Of a DNA stretch of 64,000 nt, positions 36,619 through 48,100 are shown one piece after another. The notes under the pieces were generated by a model. The model saw only the letters and a program-made list of their open reading frames with translations. It did not search any database and was not told the origin of the DNA. Source of the DNA: Neodothiora populina. Its lineage: Eukaryota. Within the stretch, counting starts at the first letter, position 1, and every line of letters begins with the position of its first letter. The translations under genes were made by a program, and so were the position numbers. The stretch lies in contig NW_027191405.1 in assembly GCF_041146345.1 (NCBI RefSeq), positions 1,860,001 through 1,924,000 of the forward strand, written 5' to 3'.

Positions 36619-38511
36619 ATGGCTGGATCCGAGCCAGACTCCCCATTGTCGTCCCTGGCCTCAGACGACGACATGGCCGACGAGTTGACGACACCAAACC
36701 GCTCCTCGCGACCAAGCGTCGAGACACGCGTCTCCCACGAACCCGACTCACACCCGCGACCACCAAAGAGACGACGAACAGGAGGCGCAGCGGCAGCAGC
36801 GCGCGAGAGCACAGCAGGAGGTGGTGCCGGCGGCAGCAACAACAGCAACAACAATAACGGCGGGGCCTTTACGACGTTCAGCGCCAACGAGCGGGCGCCT
36901 TCTTCTGCAGTGGAGCACGACTCGGACATTGAATTGTCAGAAGACACCGAGGGCAGCGCTCCGGGATCACCTTCGCATGGGGAATACGCGCTGCGAGCGG
37001 ACCAGATCACGGCGTGCCAGTGGGACAGCTGTCCCGTGGGCGACCTGGGCAACAGCGACGACCTGATCAAGCACGTCCAGGACGAGCACATCAGCCCAAA
37101 GAGAGCCAAATACACGTGTGAATGGGGAGACTGTGCGCGCAAGGGCACGGTGCATCCAAGCGGCTACGCTCTCAAGGCCCACATGCGCAGTCACACCAAG
37201 GAGAAGCCCTTCTTCTGCAGTCTGCCAGAGTGCGATCGCTCCTTCACGAGATCAGACGCCCTCGCCAAACACATGCGCACCGTCCACGAACCCGAGCCCG
37301 CGAAGCATCCTGCCACCAATCCCGAAGCCACACCCACCTCTACCAAAAAGACCCAGGGTCCCAAGATTCGTCTCGTCAACGGCAAGTCTGCTGCAGCGGC
37401 GGCGGCGGCAGCGGCAGCGGCAGCAGCATCTGCGACAGCCGCCGCATCGACGAGAGCAGCTCCCGCAATCCCAGCAGATTCTCCACACCTTCTCGATCCC
37501 TCGCATCCGAACCACGACCCCAGCCCGCCAAACGACAACATCCAGTACATACCCGCCAAGCACCCCATAACCGGCCAGCCAGGCTTCATGATCACCTATC
37601 CACCAGACATTCACTTCACCCAGTTCGAGTCGGAGATCCCCGCGAACCAGCTCATGCGCCTGCTGCGCCGACAGCTGCACTGGGCACAGAGCGAGAGCGA
37701 CCAGCTCAAGCTCGAACTCGAGACACTGGAGAAGCTGAAAAAGGAGGAGTGGAAGAAGAAAGAGGCGCTTCTGCAGGGCGTCATGCACACCGAACTCGAC
37801 TTTGCCATCGAGAACCACTTTCATGCGTCCGATCGCGTGCTGGCGGGTATGAAGGACGACGTCGCCGCTCTGACGGCGTCAACGACCGCCACGATAACGA
37901 CAGCGCCGCCGCTGCAGTGGACCAAGCCGCCAAAGTGGAAGAAAGTTGTCGAGAAGAAGAAAGAAATCCAGCCCCCTGCAGCGAGTGCAGCCGATGCGGC
38001 GCGGAGCGGTCGAGATGAAGCCGGCGACGAGGAAGACGTCGACGACGAAGACGAAGAAGAGCCCGAAGAAAAGAAAAAGGCAAAACCCAAGGCCAAAAAG
38101 GCCGCCGCTGCTGCTGCTGCCGCTGAAGATGCATCCGAAGAAGATGAAGACATTGAATTAAACGACGCTCCTCCCCTGCCAGCTCCTTCTGCCGCCGCCG
38201 CCGACGACGACGACGAAGACGACGACAACGCAAGCGAAGTCATCCCCATCGCAGCCATCCCCATCGCAGCCATGCCGAGCAGTAAATCCAAAAGCAAAAG
38301 CAGGAAAAGCAACGGCGGCAAAAGTAGCAAAAGAGCCGATGCCGGCGGCGCTGCTAATGCTGCTAATGCTAATGCTAATGCTAATGCTAATGCTAATGCT
38401 AATGCTAATGCTGCCAAAGATGGTTCGACAACAGCTGCGACAACGGCGGGTCAAGTGGCCTCGCAGGAGAGAGACGCCATTTCTGCGCTGTTGGGCATGT
38501 CTGCCACTTGA
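36619..38511 (+). CDS. C2H2 zinc-finger protein, Iec1-like (GLI/Zic-type fingers; putative INO80 subunit)
   Basis: Three fingers: CQWDSC..HVQDEH, CEWGDC..HMRSH, then linker TKEKPF and CSLPECDRSFTRSDALAKHMRTVH. Downstream coiled coil LMRLLRRQLHWA and an acidic low-complexity tail. Confidence 0.8.
   Translation: MAGSEPDSPLSSLASDDDMADELTTPNRSSRPSVETRVSHEPDSHPRPPKRRRTGGAAAAARESTAGGGAGGSNNSNNNNGGAFTTFSANERAPSSAVEHDSDIELSEDTEGSAPGSPSHGEYALRADQITACQWDSCPVGDLGNSDDLIKHVQDEHISPKRAKYTCEWGDCARKGTVHPSGYALKAHMRSHTKEKPFFCSLPECDRSFTRSDALAKHMRTVHEPEPAKHPATNPEATPTSTKKTQGPKIRLVNGKSAAAAAAAAAAAAASATAAASTRAAPAIPADSPHLLDPSHPNHDPSPPNDNIQYIPAKHPITGQPGFMITYPPDIHFTQFESEIPANQLMRLLRRQLHWAQSESDQLKLELETLEKLKKEEWKKKEALLQGVMHTELDFAIENHFHASDRVLAGMKDDVAALTASTTATITTAPPLQWTKPPKWKKVVEKKKEIQPPAASAADAARSGRDEAGDEEDVDDEDEEEPEEKKKAKPKAKKAAAAAAAAEDASEEDEDIELNDAPPLPAPSAAAADDDDEDDDNASEVIPIAAIPIAAMPSSKSKSKSRKSNGGKSSKRADAGGAANAANANANANANANANANAAKDGSTTAATTAGQVASQERDAISALLGMSAT
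38353..38412 (+). repeat. (GCTAAT)n coding minisatellite encoding an (Ala-Asn)n tract
   Basis: About 9 hexamer units, read directly. Confidence 0.95.
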
Positions 38512-38929
38512 TCCCTCTTTCTTTTTATTTTCTCTCACTGTTTCTTCTTCTTCTGCATTGCATGTGCTCCTGCAATCATCTTGTTCTTACTCTCTTCATC
38601 CGATGAGACTCCATTCCAGGCCTTGTTTCATGCACATGGCAGCTAGCTCAGTGGTTTTGTTTTATTTCTGTGTTTTCTCCAAAGAGAGAAAAAGGGAGCA
38701 GCTTCGGGCAATGACAGAATTATATGATGATCCATCAATGCCAATGCCAATGTCACATCGAGTCCATACACACAACCCACTTTTGACCACTTGGTTGAAT
38801 ATTGCGTATTTGTTGCCTTTCCTTGATCCTCAGCCACCGATAGAATCGCTTGGGTCACCCGTGTACCACTCCTCCCTTTTGGGATTCATTTTCACTACTT
38901 TTGTAAACAAAGCCAAATAAGCAAATCAC

Positions 38930-39850
38930 TCATCGTCCCTCCTGCTCACGAAGTTTACTCCTGCCCCCACCACCACCACCACCAAACCAAGACAACGACG
39001 ACGAAGAAGGAGGCGAAGAAGCCGACACGACAGGGCGACCGGATATCGACGACGGCCGATGATGATCATGTCGCTGTCTGGCCTTTTCCTTTTCTTTTGT
39101 CTTTTCCTTTGCTATCATCGTGCTTTTCGATGTACTGTGAGGAATCACCGACGCAGAAGAAGAAGAAGAAGAAGAAGAAGAAGAAGAAGAAGAAGAAGAA
39201 GCCGGGACTCGTTCTCGCGCCGATGCTTTTCTTCTCGACGAGGATGACTCTAGTGATGATCCCGTTGCTGCTGTGGAATCTTCGTGTGATGATGTACCCT
39301 GTCGTTGTCGTCGCAGCGGTGGAGCAGAAGACGGAAGAGAAGACGGCAGCAGCAGGAGCTGGTCTTTCTGATAGTAGTGATTTCGATGTAGATGCCGATG
39401 ACGACCGCCGCTGCTGCGCAGACTGGTCAGGGATGGTTTGGAGCCGAGGGTTCGTCTGCTTCTGTTTGTGCTTGATGGGGCGGTGCTGGTGCTGCTGTTG
39501 CTTTTTGCGCTTCGTCTGAGGGCGGGTCTGCTTGTTGCTGAGGAAGATGGTGGTGTCGCTGCTTCGCGGACGAGTTTGCTAGTTGTTTTCGGGGGTTGGT
39601 CAGGCAATGATGCTCTGGATCGGTTGCTCTTTCTGTACGCGTCCTTTTCCACAGCGGAATCCTGGCTTGTTTTGTTTTTGCTCGCACTCGGCTTTCTTTC
39701 TGTGCTTTTCGTTTTCGTCTTTTCGTTTCTTGATTTATCGTCGATGGCTAGTAGCCTGCTCTTCGAGCTGTCCATGCTCTTTGGTTTCCCCTTCACATCC
39801 TCCGCCACCGCCTCATCGTCCTCCGAACCCCTTCTCCCCTCCCTGCGCAG
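38930..39850 (-). CDS. 306-codon open frame directly continuing the membrane-protein gene past its TGA (putative readthrough extension; Ser/Arg/Lys-rich, disordered)
   Basis: ...AAA CAC AAG TGA CTG CGC AGG GAG... stays open to TGA 38932-38930. ORF 38930-39808 of the track is in the same frame (42-nt offset). Confidence 0.45.
   Translation of the reverse strand: MRREGRRGSEDDEAVAEDVKGKPKSMDSSKSRLLAIDDKSRNEKTKTKSTERKPSASKNKTSQDSAVEKDAYRKSNRSRASLPDQPPKTTSKLVREAATPPSSSATSRPALRRSAKSNSSTSTAPSSTNRSRRTLGSKPSLTSLRSSGGRHRHLHRNHYYQKDQLLLLPSSLPSSAPPLRRQRQGTSSHEDSTAATGSSLESSSSRRKASARERVPASSSSSSSSSSSSSSSASVIPHSTSKSTMIAKEKTKEKEKARQRHDHHRPSSISGRPVVSASSPPSSSSLSWFGGGGGGGRSKLREQEGR
39156..39200 (+). repeat. (GAA)15 microsatellite; poly-Ser in the minus-strand extension frame
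   Basis: Perfect trinucleotide run. Confidence 0.95.
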
Positions 39851-40463
39851 TCACTTGTGTTTCCTCGCCGCCTCGGCATTCTTAAAGGGAAACCCCGAAG
39901 TCCTCTTGTCTGCTCCCGTGCGCTTACTGATCTTTCCCTCGCCTCTAAAGACCAAAAGCAGCAAGCCCGCAATGCCCAGCAACAACTCGAGCGCACCGCC
40001 CAGCGTCATGAGAGAAGACGACAGACCGGGGTCCAAGCCATGCACGTACAGCACAATGGCAAAGACAAGATGATAGACCAGCGTCGAGACGGCGGTGATG
40101 GTCGCCGAAACAGACTTGTCGTCGGGCAGCGAGACGGCCTGCGAGTCGTCGCCGTAGAGCCGCTTGAGTTCGCCAGAGCATACGAGCACCAAGAAGGAAG
40201 CGAGGATCAGAGAGCAGGCGAATCCGCGCGAGAGGTACGACTCGAGAGAGGTCAGGGCGTGAGGCTCGGGGGATACCATCCAGGCGACCAGACTCGGTGA
40301 GACGAGCAGGGGAGCGGCGAGCCCGGCTAGCGAGGCCGCCGATGCTTGCGTGTAGAGTCTGAAGTTCTGTGTCTGTCAGTCTCTGTTCTTTCTGCATTCC
40401 TCGATCCTCACTCGAGCCTCAAGAGGGATAAGAAGGTATGCTGCGGCAGGAACTTACATCCAT
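39851..40463 (-). CDS. Small multi-pass fungal membrane protein ending ISKRTGADKRTSGFPFKN...
   Basis: Micro-exon ATGGAT (40463-40458), intron 40367-40457 (GTAAGT..CTGAC..CAG), then NFRLYTQASAASLAGLAAPLLVSP... with about 4 hydrophobic segments. I recall the C-terminal motif as conserved in uncharacterised fungal proteins. Stop TGA 39853-39851. Confidence 0.8.
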
Positions 40464-41497
40464 GATGTATGTCAGTCCGACCCACAAAGCACTCAATCCT
40501 ATATATCAGAACAAAGCCGAGTCAAGTCCAGACGAATGCCTAGTCGACTAGTACTGTGTTTCCAAACAGAAAGGTAAGAAAACAACAAGGTGATGATTGA
40601 GAAGGTGCAGCAGTATGCAGGAACAGACGACAGGATAGAGTAACTGCCTTGCCTTGTCTTGGTATGAAGGCTGTCCTCCAAACAGGCAGGCACATACCTA
40701 ACCTGGCGGAATGACGTATCTTCTGCCTGTGCCTTCCCATTATCAAGGTACCCTGAATCCTTTGGACACTGCTACCCCACATCTTCGACGCCTCGAGGCA
40801 CAAGCAAGGTAAGGTAAGCTCGGTACTGCTTCACACCGCCTTTTATCAGGTACTTTTGTACCTCTTCTGATAAATAAATGATCCATTTATTCAATTGCTG
40901 CATGGTGATCATACTAGGAGAAGTCGCTGATCGGCGCCATGAACATGGCACAGTAGGAGTGGGCGAGAAGTGGCACAACACAACAGAATGCCTTACCTCC
41001 GGCTATTCTCAGCGGTGTAATGTGTACTTTGCATTTCACCTACACTCATCGATGCGGGGATTCAAGACGTGCATCGTGTGCGCACGCGAGAGAAAGCCGT
41101 GCCACGATTAGAGAGAAACGAGAAAAAGAAGAGAGAGTGAGATGGAAGGAAACGCCCCGCTTGCTCCGATTGATAATGCTTGCATCTGTTTCGCCGTCTA
41201 CTACTCCTTCTCCCGCCACCTCTCGTTTATGATGACGACGATGCTGATGCTACCTGTCCAATGCTACTCTTCTCTGTCCTCCTCCTGCTGTTGCTCTTGC
41301 TCTTGCTTGTCCCCATGCACTGTTCCACCGCAACAAAACACACTTTGCGTGCATGAACCATGTCCGCAGTCCGTGTACAACTACAGCCAGAAAACAAATC
41401 CGCCACCCGCGTGGGGCCCGCAGCGAAAGCGCAACGAAAGAAAACGGCCTGCGTGCTTCGATTGACAGCTTCACCCGTTGCCCGCCACGCCATGCGC

Positions 41498-43346
41498 TCA
41501 GCTTCCTCTGAAAGCATCGAAGCGCTTGTAGGTGTATCCGATAAAGGGAAGACTCATGCTCGCTTCTTCCGGTCCGCCAGCCTCCGTCTGTGCGCGCAGC
41601 TGGGCCGAGTTGTCCGTCTGCGGGATCTCGTCGATGGGGAAATACTGCGTGTCGACGGCGGATTGCAGCTTGGGTTCGAAGGGCGCGCGGATACGGCGCA
41701 GCTGGTCCCACTGCACACCACGGAAGAAGGGGTGGTCTTTGAGCTCGCTGGCTCCGTAAGAGCGACCCAGGCGGTGATCGGCATCGCAGATGAGACTTCG
41801 GATGAAATGCTCGGCTTCGTTGCCAATCTGCTGGTCAGGAGGGAAGTGCAGATTACGGGGCCAATCAACAATCTTCCTGTAAGTGTCGTGAGGCTCCTCA
41901 GCGCAGAAGGGCGGCCAACCGATCAAACACTCGAACATGATGGTGCCAACACTCCACCAATCGCAGCCGTAGTCGTAACCCTGACCGGTAAAGATCTCGG
42001 GGGCGATGTAATCGGGAGTTCCGACGGTGGAATAGGCGAGTTGGCGACGGGACTTGCGCCAGGTGTTGATCTGGTTGCGGTTGCTGACCGTGAGCTGGAT
42101 CTGGTCGATGCTGACCGACTGGCGGTTGGCGGCATTGGAGCGTGTGCGGACGTTGGACATGAGCTGTTGGTAGTACGAAGCATTGTGCTCCTTGTAGAAG
42201 CCAGTCGACAGACCGAAGTCGGTCAGCTTGATGTGTCCGCCGCGGTCGAGAAGGATGTTGTCGGGCTTGATGTCACTGCAGCAAGGTCAGTGGTGGCAAA
42301 GAAAACAAAAAAGGCAAGGACCAAACACGCACCGATGGATGAAGCCTAACTTGTGCACAGCCTCTAGAGCAAGAGTGATCTCGGCCATGTAGAAACGCGT
42401 AATGTCCTCGGAGAAGATTTCGTATTTGATCAGCATGGTCATCAGATCACCACCGGGCAAGAACTCCATCAGCATGTAGAGGAAAGTAGAGTCCTGGAAG
42501 GAGGTGTGCAGCTTGACGAGCCAGGGACTGTCGGCATTGGCGAGGATGTCACGCTCGGCGCGGACGTGGGCGAGTTGATCCTTCTTGAACTAGATGAAGA
42601 AGTCAGTATGGTTGATAATCCAAGAAGAAGAAAAGACTCACCATCTCGGCCTTGATCAGTGACTTGAGAGCATAGATCTTGCCGTCGTGTCTCCGCTGCA
42701 CCAGCTTGACTTCTCCAAAGGCACCCTTGCCGATGATCTTGAGTGTCTGGTAGTTCTGCGGTCTCTCGCTGGTCCTCAGGAAACGCAGAAAGTTGACCTC
42801 GGACTTGCGCAGACTCTCTTGCTTGCTCTTCTTGCGGTTGTCCGACAGCGTGGCGTCTTTCATGATCTGATCCAACTCTTGTGCACGTCCGTTTCTGTCA
42901 CGCGCTCTCTCGACGCTGTCCTTGAAGAAGCTGCCCACGAGCTCCGTCTGCAGCTTGGCTCTGTTGGTGATGCTGGTGGAGAAGCGTTCGGGGTTTTTGA
43001 GAGGAGCCTCGTCGTCGTAGACCGAAGGGGAGCCGTTGTGTTGAGGAGCACCCAGATAGCTTTGTTGCTGCTGCTGTTGTTGTTGTTGTTGTTGTTGTTG
43101 TTGCTGACCTTGTCCATGGCTTGAGCCTCCCGTCCGCGGTCGTTGGCTGCCGTTGGCGTTGGCGTTGGCGTTGGCGGGCGAGGGACCCCGGCCGTAAGGA
43201 CTCTGTACTCTGCCCTGGTTGTTGTTGTTGCCGCCGAGGTTCTGGTGGGCGAATTGGTGAACCATGCCAGTCGTAGCGTCATTGTATCCTTGAAGGGCAC
43301 GGTAGGCAGCAGAGGGTGGTTGCAGTGCTCCCTGCTGCTGCTGTTG

Positions 43347-43388
<42 letters not shown>

Positions 43389-43646
43389 TTGTTGCATCGC
43401 AGGTGTATAGGGGCCGTTGGCAAAGTAGCCCTGTTGATTGAAGCCACTCTGTGGTTGGGCTCCCGGTGTGCCTGCTCCCCATACCTCTTGCTGTCCTTGT
43501 GAATTGGGAAAGGGCTGTGGGAAAGTCGAGGGTGTGGTGGGATAGGCCCGTCCGGTCTCTGCACCGCCGAAGACGGGGTTGTTCTGGAAGCCAAAGTTGA
43601 GGTGCAGTCGATTGGACTGTTGCTGCTGCTGCTGTTGGGGATTCAT
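41498..43646 (-). CDS. CBK1: NDR-family Ser/Thr kinase Cbk1/COT-1 (RAM/MOR network)
   Basis: Q-rich N-terminus, [40 protein letters not shown] and hydrophobic motif [10 protein letters not shown]. Introns 42590-42641 and 42276-42332. Confidence 0.96.
43063..43394 (-). repeat. CAG/CAA polyglutamine tracts (and an Asn-Ala repeat) in the Cbk1 N-terminus
   Basis: (TGC)/(TGT) runs at about 43063-43105 and 43332-43394; (GGCGTT)n near 43150-43175. Confidence 0.95.
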
Positions 43647-43776
43647 CTTGGCAGAGTGTCGATGGATCTAGGGAGCAGAGATGCAAGGAGGTGAAGTCGG
43701 ACTTTCTAAAACAAGACACTTTGTTACAATGAAGGAAGGGAGGTGGGAGGTGTTGTAGCTCTTGGCACGTGATGGG

Positions 43777-43830
43777 CCTGAACCTGATCCTGAACCTGAA
43801 CCTGAACCTCGACCTGGACCTGGACCTGGA
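43777..43830 (+). repeat. (CCTGAA)n/(CCTGGA)n hexamer repeat upstream of CBK1
   Basis: About 9 degenerate units, read directly. Confidence 0.9.
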
Positions 43831-45179
43831 CTCGGACGTCCTGACCAGATGTTTGTGTGTCTGAAGCCCCTGTTGTTGACAAGTTGCACGTGTGGTGGTG
43901 GAGGTGCAGCAGCTGTCTGCTTTGTGCCGAGCCTGCAGATGAGGATGAGCGAGTGACGTTGTGTTGTATCTTCCAGCAGGCGAAAGGGTGGAAGGGTGGG
44001 GGACACTGTAACTGTCGGCAAAGGCAAGTACAGACAGATAGTACAGAGGCTACCTAAGAAACGGAAAGAGACAACAGAAAGCAGGCCCAAAGTAGACTCG
44101 CAATGACTGCACAGTAAATGTGGCCAGACTGAGGCAAGAGTAGGTGCACAGTCAATGGCAGTCGGTAAGCTATCTTCTACAGTGACTTAGGTTGCAATTG
44201 TGAATTGTGTTCAGGGCAGCAGCCACAGCGCACGAATCAGGGTTCAAAGGTTATTGTTTCGTCTAACAAGTAATGTGTAATAGAGAAAGAAAGAGGGGCG
44301 GGCCAACTAAGGGTGAAGCAATTGGAAACACTAGACCATTGGATCACCAGGCACGGGCAGGGAGCACCACTAGAGGAGAGCACTGTACAAGTACTGTACA
44401 GTACCACACGCAGCACTCTTGATCCAATCGTTCTAACTGTAGCACCTTACAGAGCAGTATCTGTTTTTTCGTGCAATAATACTTCACTCATGCTGCCCCC
44501 CACCGAGCCCGTTTCGCCCCTCCCAGCCAGACCCTACCCTACCCTACCCTACGCTATCTTGCCCTGACAGAATAATCACGAGTCCCTGGCTGTCTCAAGA
44601 GAAAAGGCAGGGACGGGGACCATTTCTGCGCTCACTCATCACAAACCCCGAAGGACCAAAGCCAAGCCCAGACAGACCCCACGTTCCTTGTCTCTCTCTT
44701 TCTCCCCCTGTCCTGTTGACACTCCGTGTTCGGCCGCCTTTTCTCGCTTCGTCTTCTCGTCTTTGTTTCGTCTGGAAATAAAGTACACCCCCTCGTCTTC
44801 CGTCCATGGCTTGTTTTAAAGCGATGGCGGCGGCGGCGCCCCGAGCCTAGACGCTCTAGAACAGATCATGCCAGGACCAAGGAGCCAGGGGTCGAGGCGC
44901 TTGATTGGTTCGACTTGAGCTATGTACTTGACTCGACGGCTTCTTTCACACCGCTTGCTTTTTTATGCATTGCATTACTGCTTTTCATAAACTCCCTCCC
45001 TCCATATATGACAACAAAACAGATGATGTGATTATATGTGACTAATAGAATAAATGTTGTTGTATTATTGATAAATTAAGCTGTCAAGGCCGCCTGCTGT
45101 GCGTCCACCACCGTCAGAGTATCCAGCAATCATCGGGTGAGGAGCAGGTCATTGGTTCTAGTCCAAGCCACCGCTTCTC

Positions 45180-48100
45180 TCACTCTACCGTCATGAGCTG
45201 CTGCGTCTTCTCTCTCTCGTCCTCAATGTCCTTCTTGAGGCGTCTCATGAGCTTCTGCGAATCGTCTCGCTCGCCCTGCAGCGCCGCAATCTCGTATTGC
45301 GAGCTGTTGATTCGCTCCACCACCTCCCTCATCTCCGCGTCTGCGTCCGCCAGTGCCGCTTCGAGCGCCTTGACCTTTCTCTCGAGCATCGCCGTCTTGC
45401 TCGCCTCGAACAGCGTCTCGCCCTGTGCCTCCTCGCCGTGCCCGATGCGTGGCGACTTGATGAACAGCCCTTGGGACACCAGAGGCGACTTCATGAGAGG
45501 TGAGTGGCGCTGAGAGTTGGGGAAGCCTGTGTTCAGGCGTGAGAGCTTGGGGCTGTTCGCCTCGTCAAGTCTCTTTGCTTGCTCCTCGTGTCCGCCGAGT
45601 GCTGCCTCGGACATTTGTTGTGCCTGCATCACGTTTTCCTCCATCTCCTTGAGTCGTGACTGCATGTCGGTGATGCGCACTGTTGATTCGTGCTGTTGCC
45701 TCTCGCCTTTTGTGACTGCGTCCGTCAATCGCTGGCGGAGCTCCATGTTGGACTGAAGATGCTGCTGTACTTGTGCCGCGAGCTCTTCCATGCGCCCGGC
45801 GGCGGCAAGGAGCTGATTGGCCAGCTCCTGCTCTCTGTCTACATCCGTGTCTTCGGTGTCTTGCAGAGATCGTGCACGCTCACGGTACGCCTCGGCCTCA
45901 CGGAGTGCAGCATCGCGCTCGTGCTCTGCGAGCTGGATGCTCTGTCGGAGAACCTTGATCATAGCGTGTCTTTCGTCTTCGCCAATCTCGGGAGCGGGAA
46001 GCTCTGATTCTTCTTCGCCCGCGAGAGAGATGCCCAGACCACTTGCCATTGATCTGATACGTGGAGGGCTACGGATGAGGCCAGACTGGCGTCCCGCGAG
46101 ATAATCGCGCAGGGACTTGGTCTCTTGTCCTGCGCGGTCGAGGGCCATCTTGACACCACTGATGTTATTCTCGGCTTGCCATTTGTGCTCGAGCGCTTCG
46201 TCAGCACGGCGTCTGAGCACGCCTATCTCCTCGCGCAGAAAGTGCACCTCGCGGCTGTACCCGAGTCGTGCGGGTGTTGTGCTTCGGGCCCGATCACGGT
46301 CGGCAATCAGTCTTCGCATGGCCTTCGAGTGTTCTCGCTTTTGGTTCTCGAACCTCCTGAGCAGATTCTTCAAGGCCTTGTGTAGTGCGTCTCTCTGCTC
46401 CTCGACGTCCTTCATGCGCTCATTAGACGCCGAATCCGCGCGGTTTCTGGTGTCGCCGCCTCTTTCCTTGACAGAGCCGGATCTCGTCAGCGACGAGCCG
46501 CGCTTGACGCTTCCGTGTGTCGAGGCTCTAGCGAGGGAGTTGGATCGGCTCAGGCCAGCCCTCGGCCATGCTTTGGCTGGGACCGTGTCATCCTCGGCAA
46601 TGGTGTTGAAGGCGGAAGATGAGTTTTGTGCTTCCTGAAGCAACTTGTTCTCGTTCTTCAAGGTTTGGATGTCCTGCTGCATGCGCGAGTGCTCGTACTG
46701 AGCCGATTGCATCTTTGTAGCTTCCGCCTCGAGGCCTTCGATGCGTGCCCGCAGTTGGGGTATGATTTCGTCGCGCAGGTTATCGCGTTCGTTTCGGTGT
46801 TTCGTCGACTCCTCGCGCAGAGCAGCGAAAAGGTCTTCGAAGTTGTCCTTGGCCTGGCGTTCTTGACTCAGGCGGCGACGCGCATCGTCGAGATAGACTT
46901 CGAGTTCGCGAACCCGCTCGTCTGCGACGGGCTCTTCCGGGGGAGCTTCCTGGTGCTTGTGTAGCTCTTCCTCCAGCGCATGCACTCGTGCTTCCAACTC
47001 TTTCCTTGTGCTCAGCTCTTGTGACAGTCGCTGTGCGTAGTCGACTTGCATCTGCGCCTTCTCCTGCTCGGCCTTCCTCTTTGACTTCTCGAGTTCGTCG
47101 ATTTTGGCCTCGGTGTCAGAAAGAGGGAATCTCAAGGAGCTGGTGCCGGAGTCGGAAAAGTAGTCGCTTCCTCGTCGGCTGAGCTCGTGAGGATGCTCTT
47201 GCGCAAAGGACGTCATGTCCGTCCGGCACTGTTCGAGCTCATCCTCCAGTTCCATCTCTCTGCGAATGGAGCCGGCAAGCTCGGAGCTGACTTGGCGCAA
47301 CTCGCGTTCTAACTCTTCAACATGGAGGTTGACTGAATGCGACCCCGACAGGAGAGGCGTACCGGGAACATCAAAGTACTGTGCTTGCTGTTGGTTTGCA
47401 TAAGAAGTGTCGAGCGCGGGCGGTGTGAGCCCCATGCTGGGACGGCGCGCATCGAAGGTGTCGACCCTCTGCAAGGAAGGGGAAGGCATCGGTGAGGCGG
47501 AATGATCTGAGAATGTGGTGGTGGGTGACTGGCCTTGACCAGGTTGTTGCGACGAGGGTCTCCAGCCAAAGAAATTGGTCAACTTGCCGCCGGGAGACTT
47601 GGATCCTGAAGATTCGAAAGATTGCTCGGTGAATGATCGAGGAAGACGGTCAGTACCTTCGAGTTGAACCGTCATGGAGGGAGGATCCACGGGTGAGCCC
47701 GAGGATGACATGATAGAAGAGCGCCGCCTTCGACTCTTGGGAGAAACTGGTGGCGAAGCTGGATTTGACGTAGACGCGACGGTAGACACGCTGGAGTTCG
47801 CGACGTGTTGGTGGCGAGCGACGTTCTTATCACCATATCTCAACGGCACCGGTGAACCGCGAGACTCGGCAGCAGTGGGTCCTTGGTGGGATCCCGAGTC
47901 GTCGATTTCTGTGCCACTGAGACGGGAGTCGACGGAGAGGCTCCTTCTGTCATGCGCATACGGGGTCGTATGCTCGAGTGGATAACTATCATCCCCTGAC
48001 TTAGCCATTGTGAATGCTGTACAAAGGTATACGGCATGCAAAAAGACCAGAAGGTTCAAGGAAGGTTTGTCCCCCTTAAAAACGGTCGAGAGTATAAAGA

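Noticed and set aside
37122..38920. Long alternative-frame ORFs (298 aa; the LMLMLM ORF)
   Set aside because: Off-frame readings of the GC-rich C2H2 gene and its GCTAAT repeat.
39438..40073. 211-aa hydrophobic plus-strand ORF
   Set aside because: Antisense to the membrane gene and its Lys/Ser-rich continuation; the hydrophobicity mirrors purine-rich codons on the other strand. Non-ATG start.
41360..42349. 329-aa plus-strand ORF
   Set aside because: Antisense shadow of the codon-biased CBK1 kinase exon; no motifs of its own.
43668..44090. 140-aa ORF upstream of CBK1 with GPGPG/GSGSG repeats
   Set aside because: TTG start, produced by a hexamer repeat, and out of frame with the kinase.
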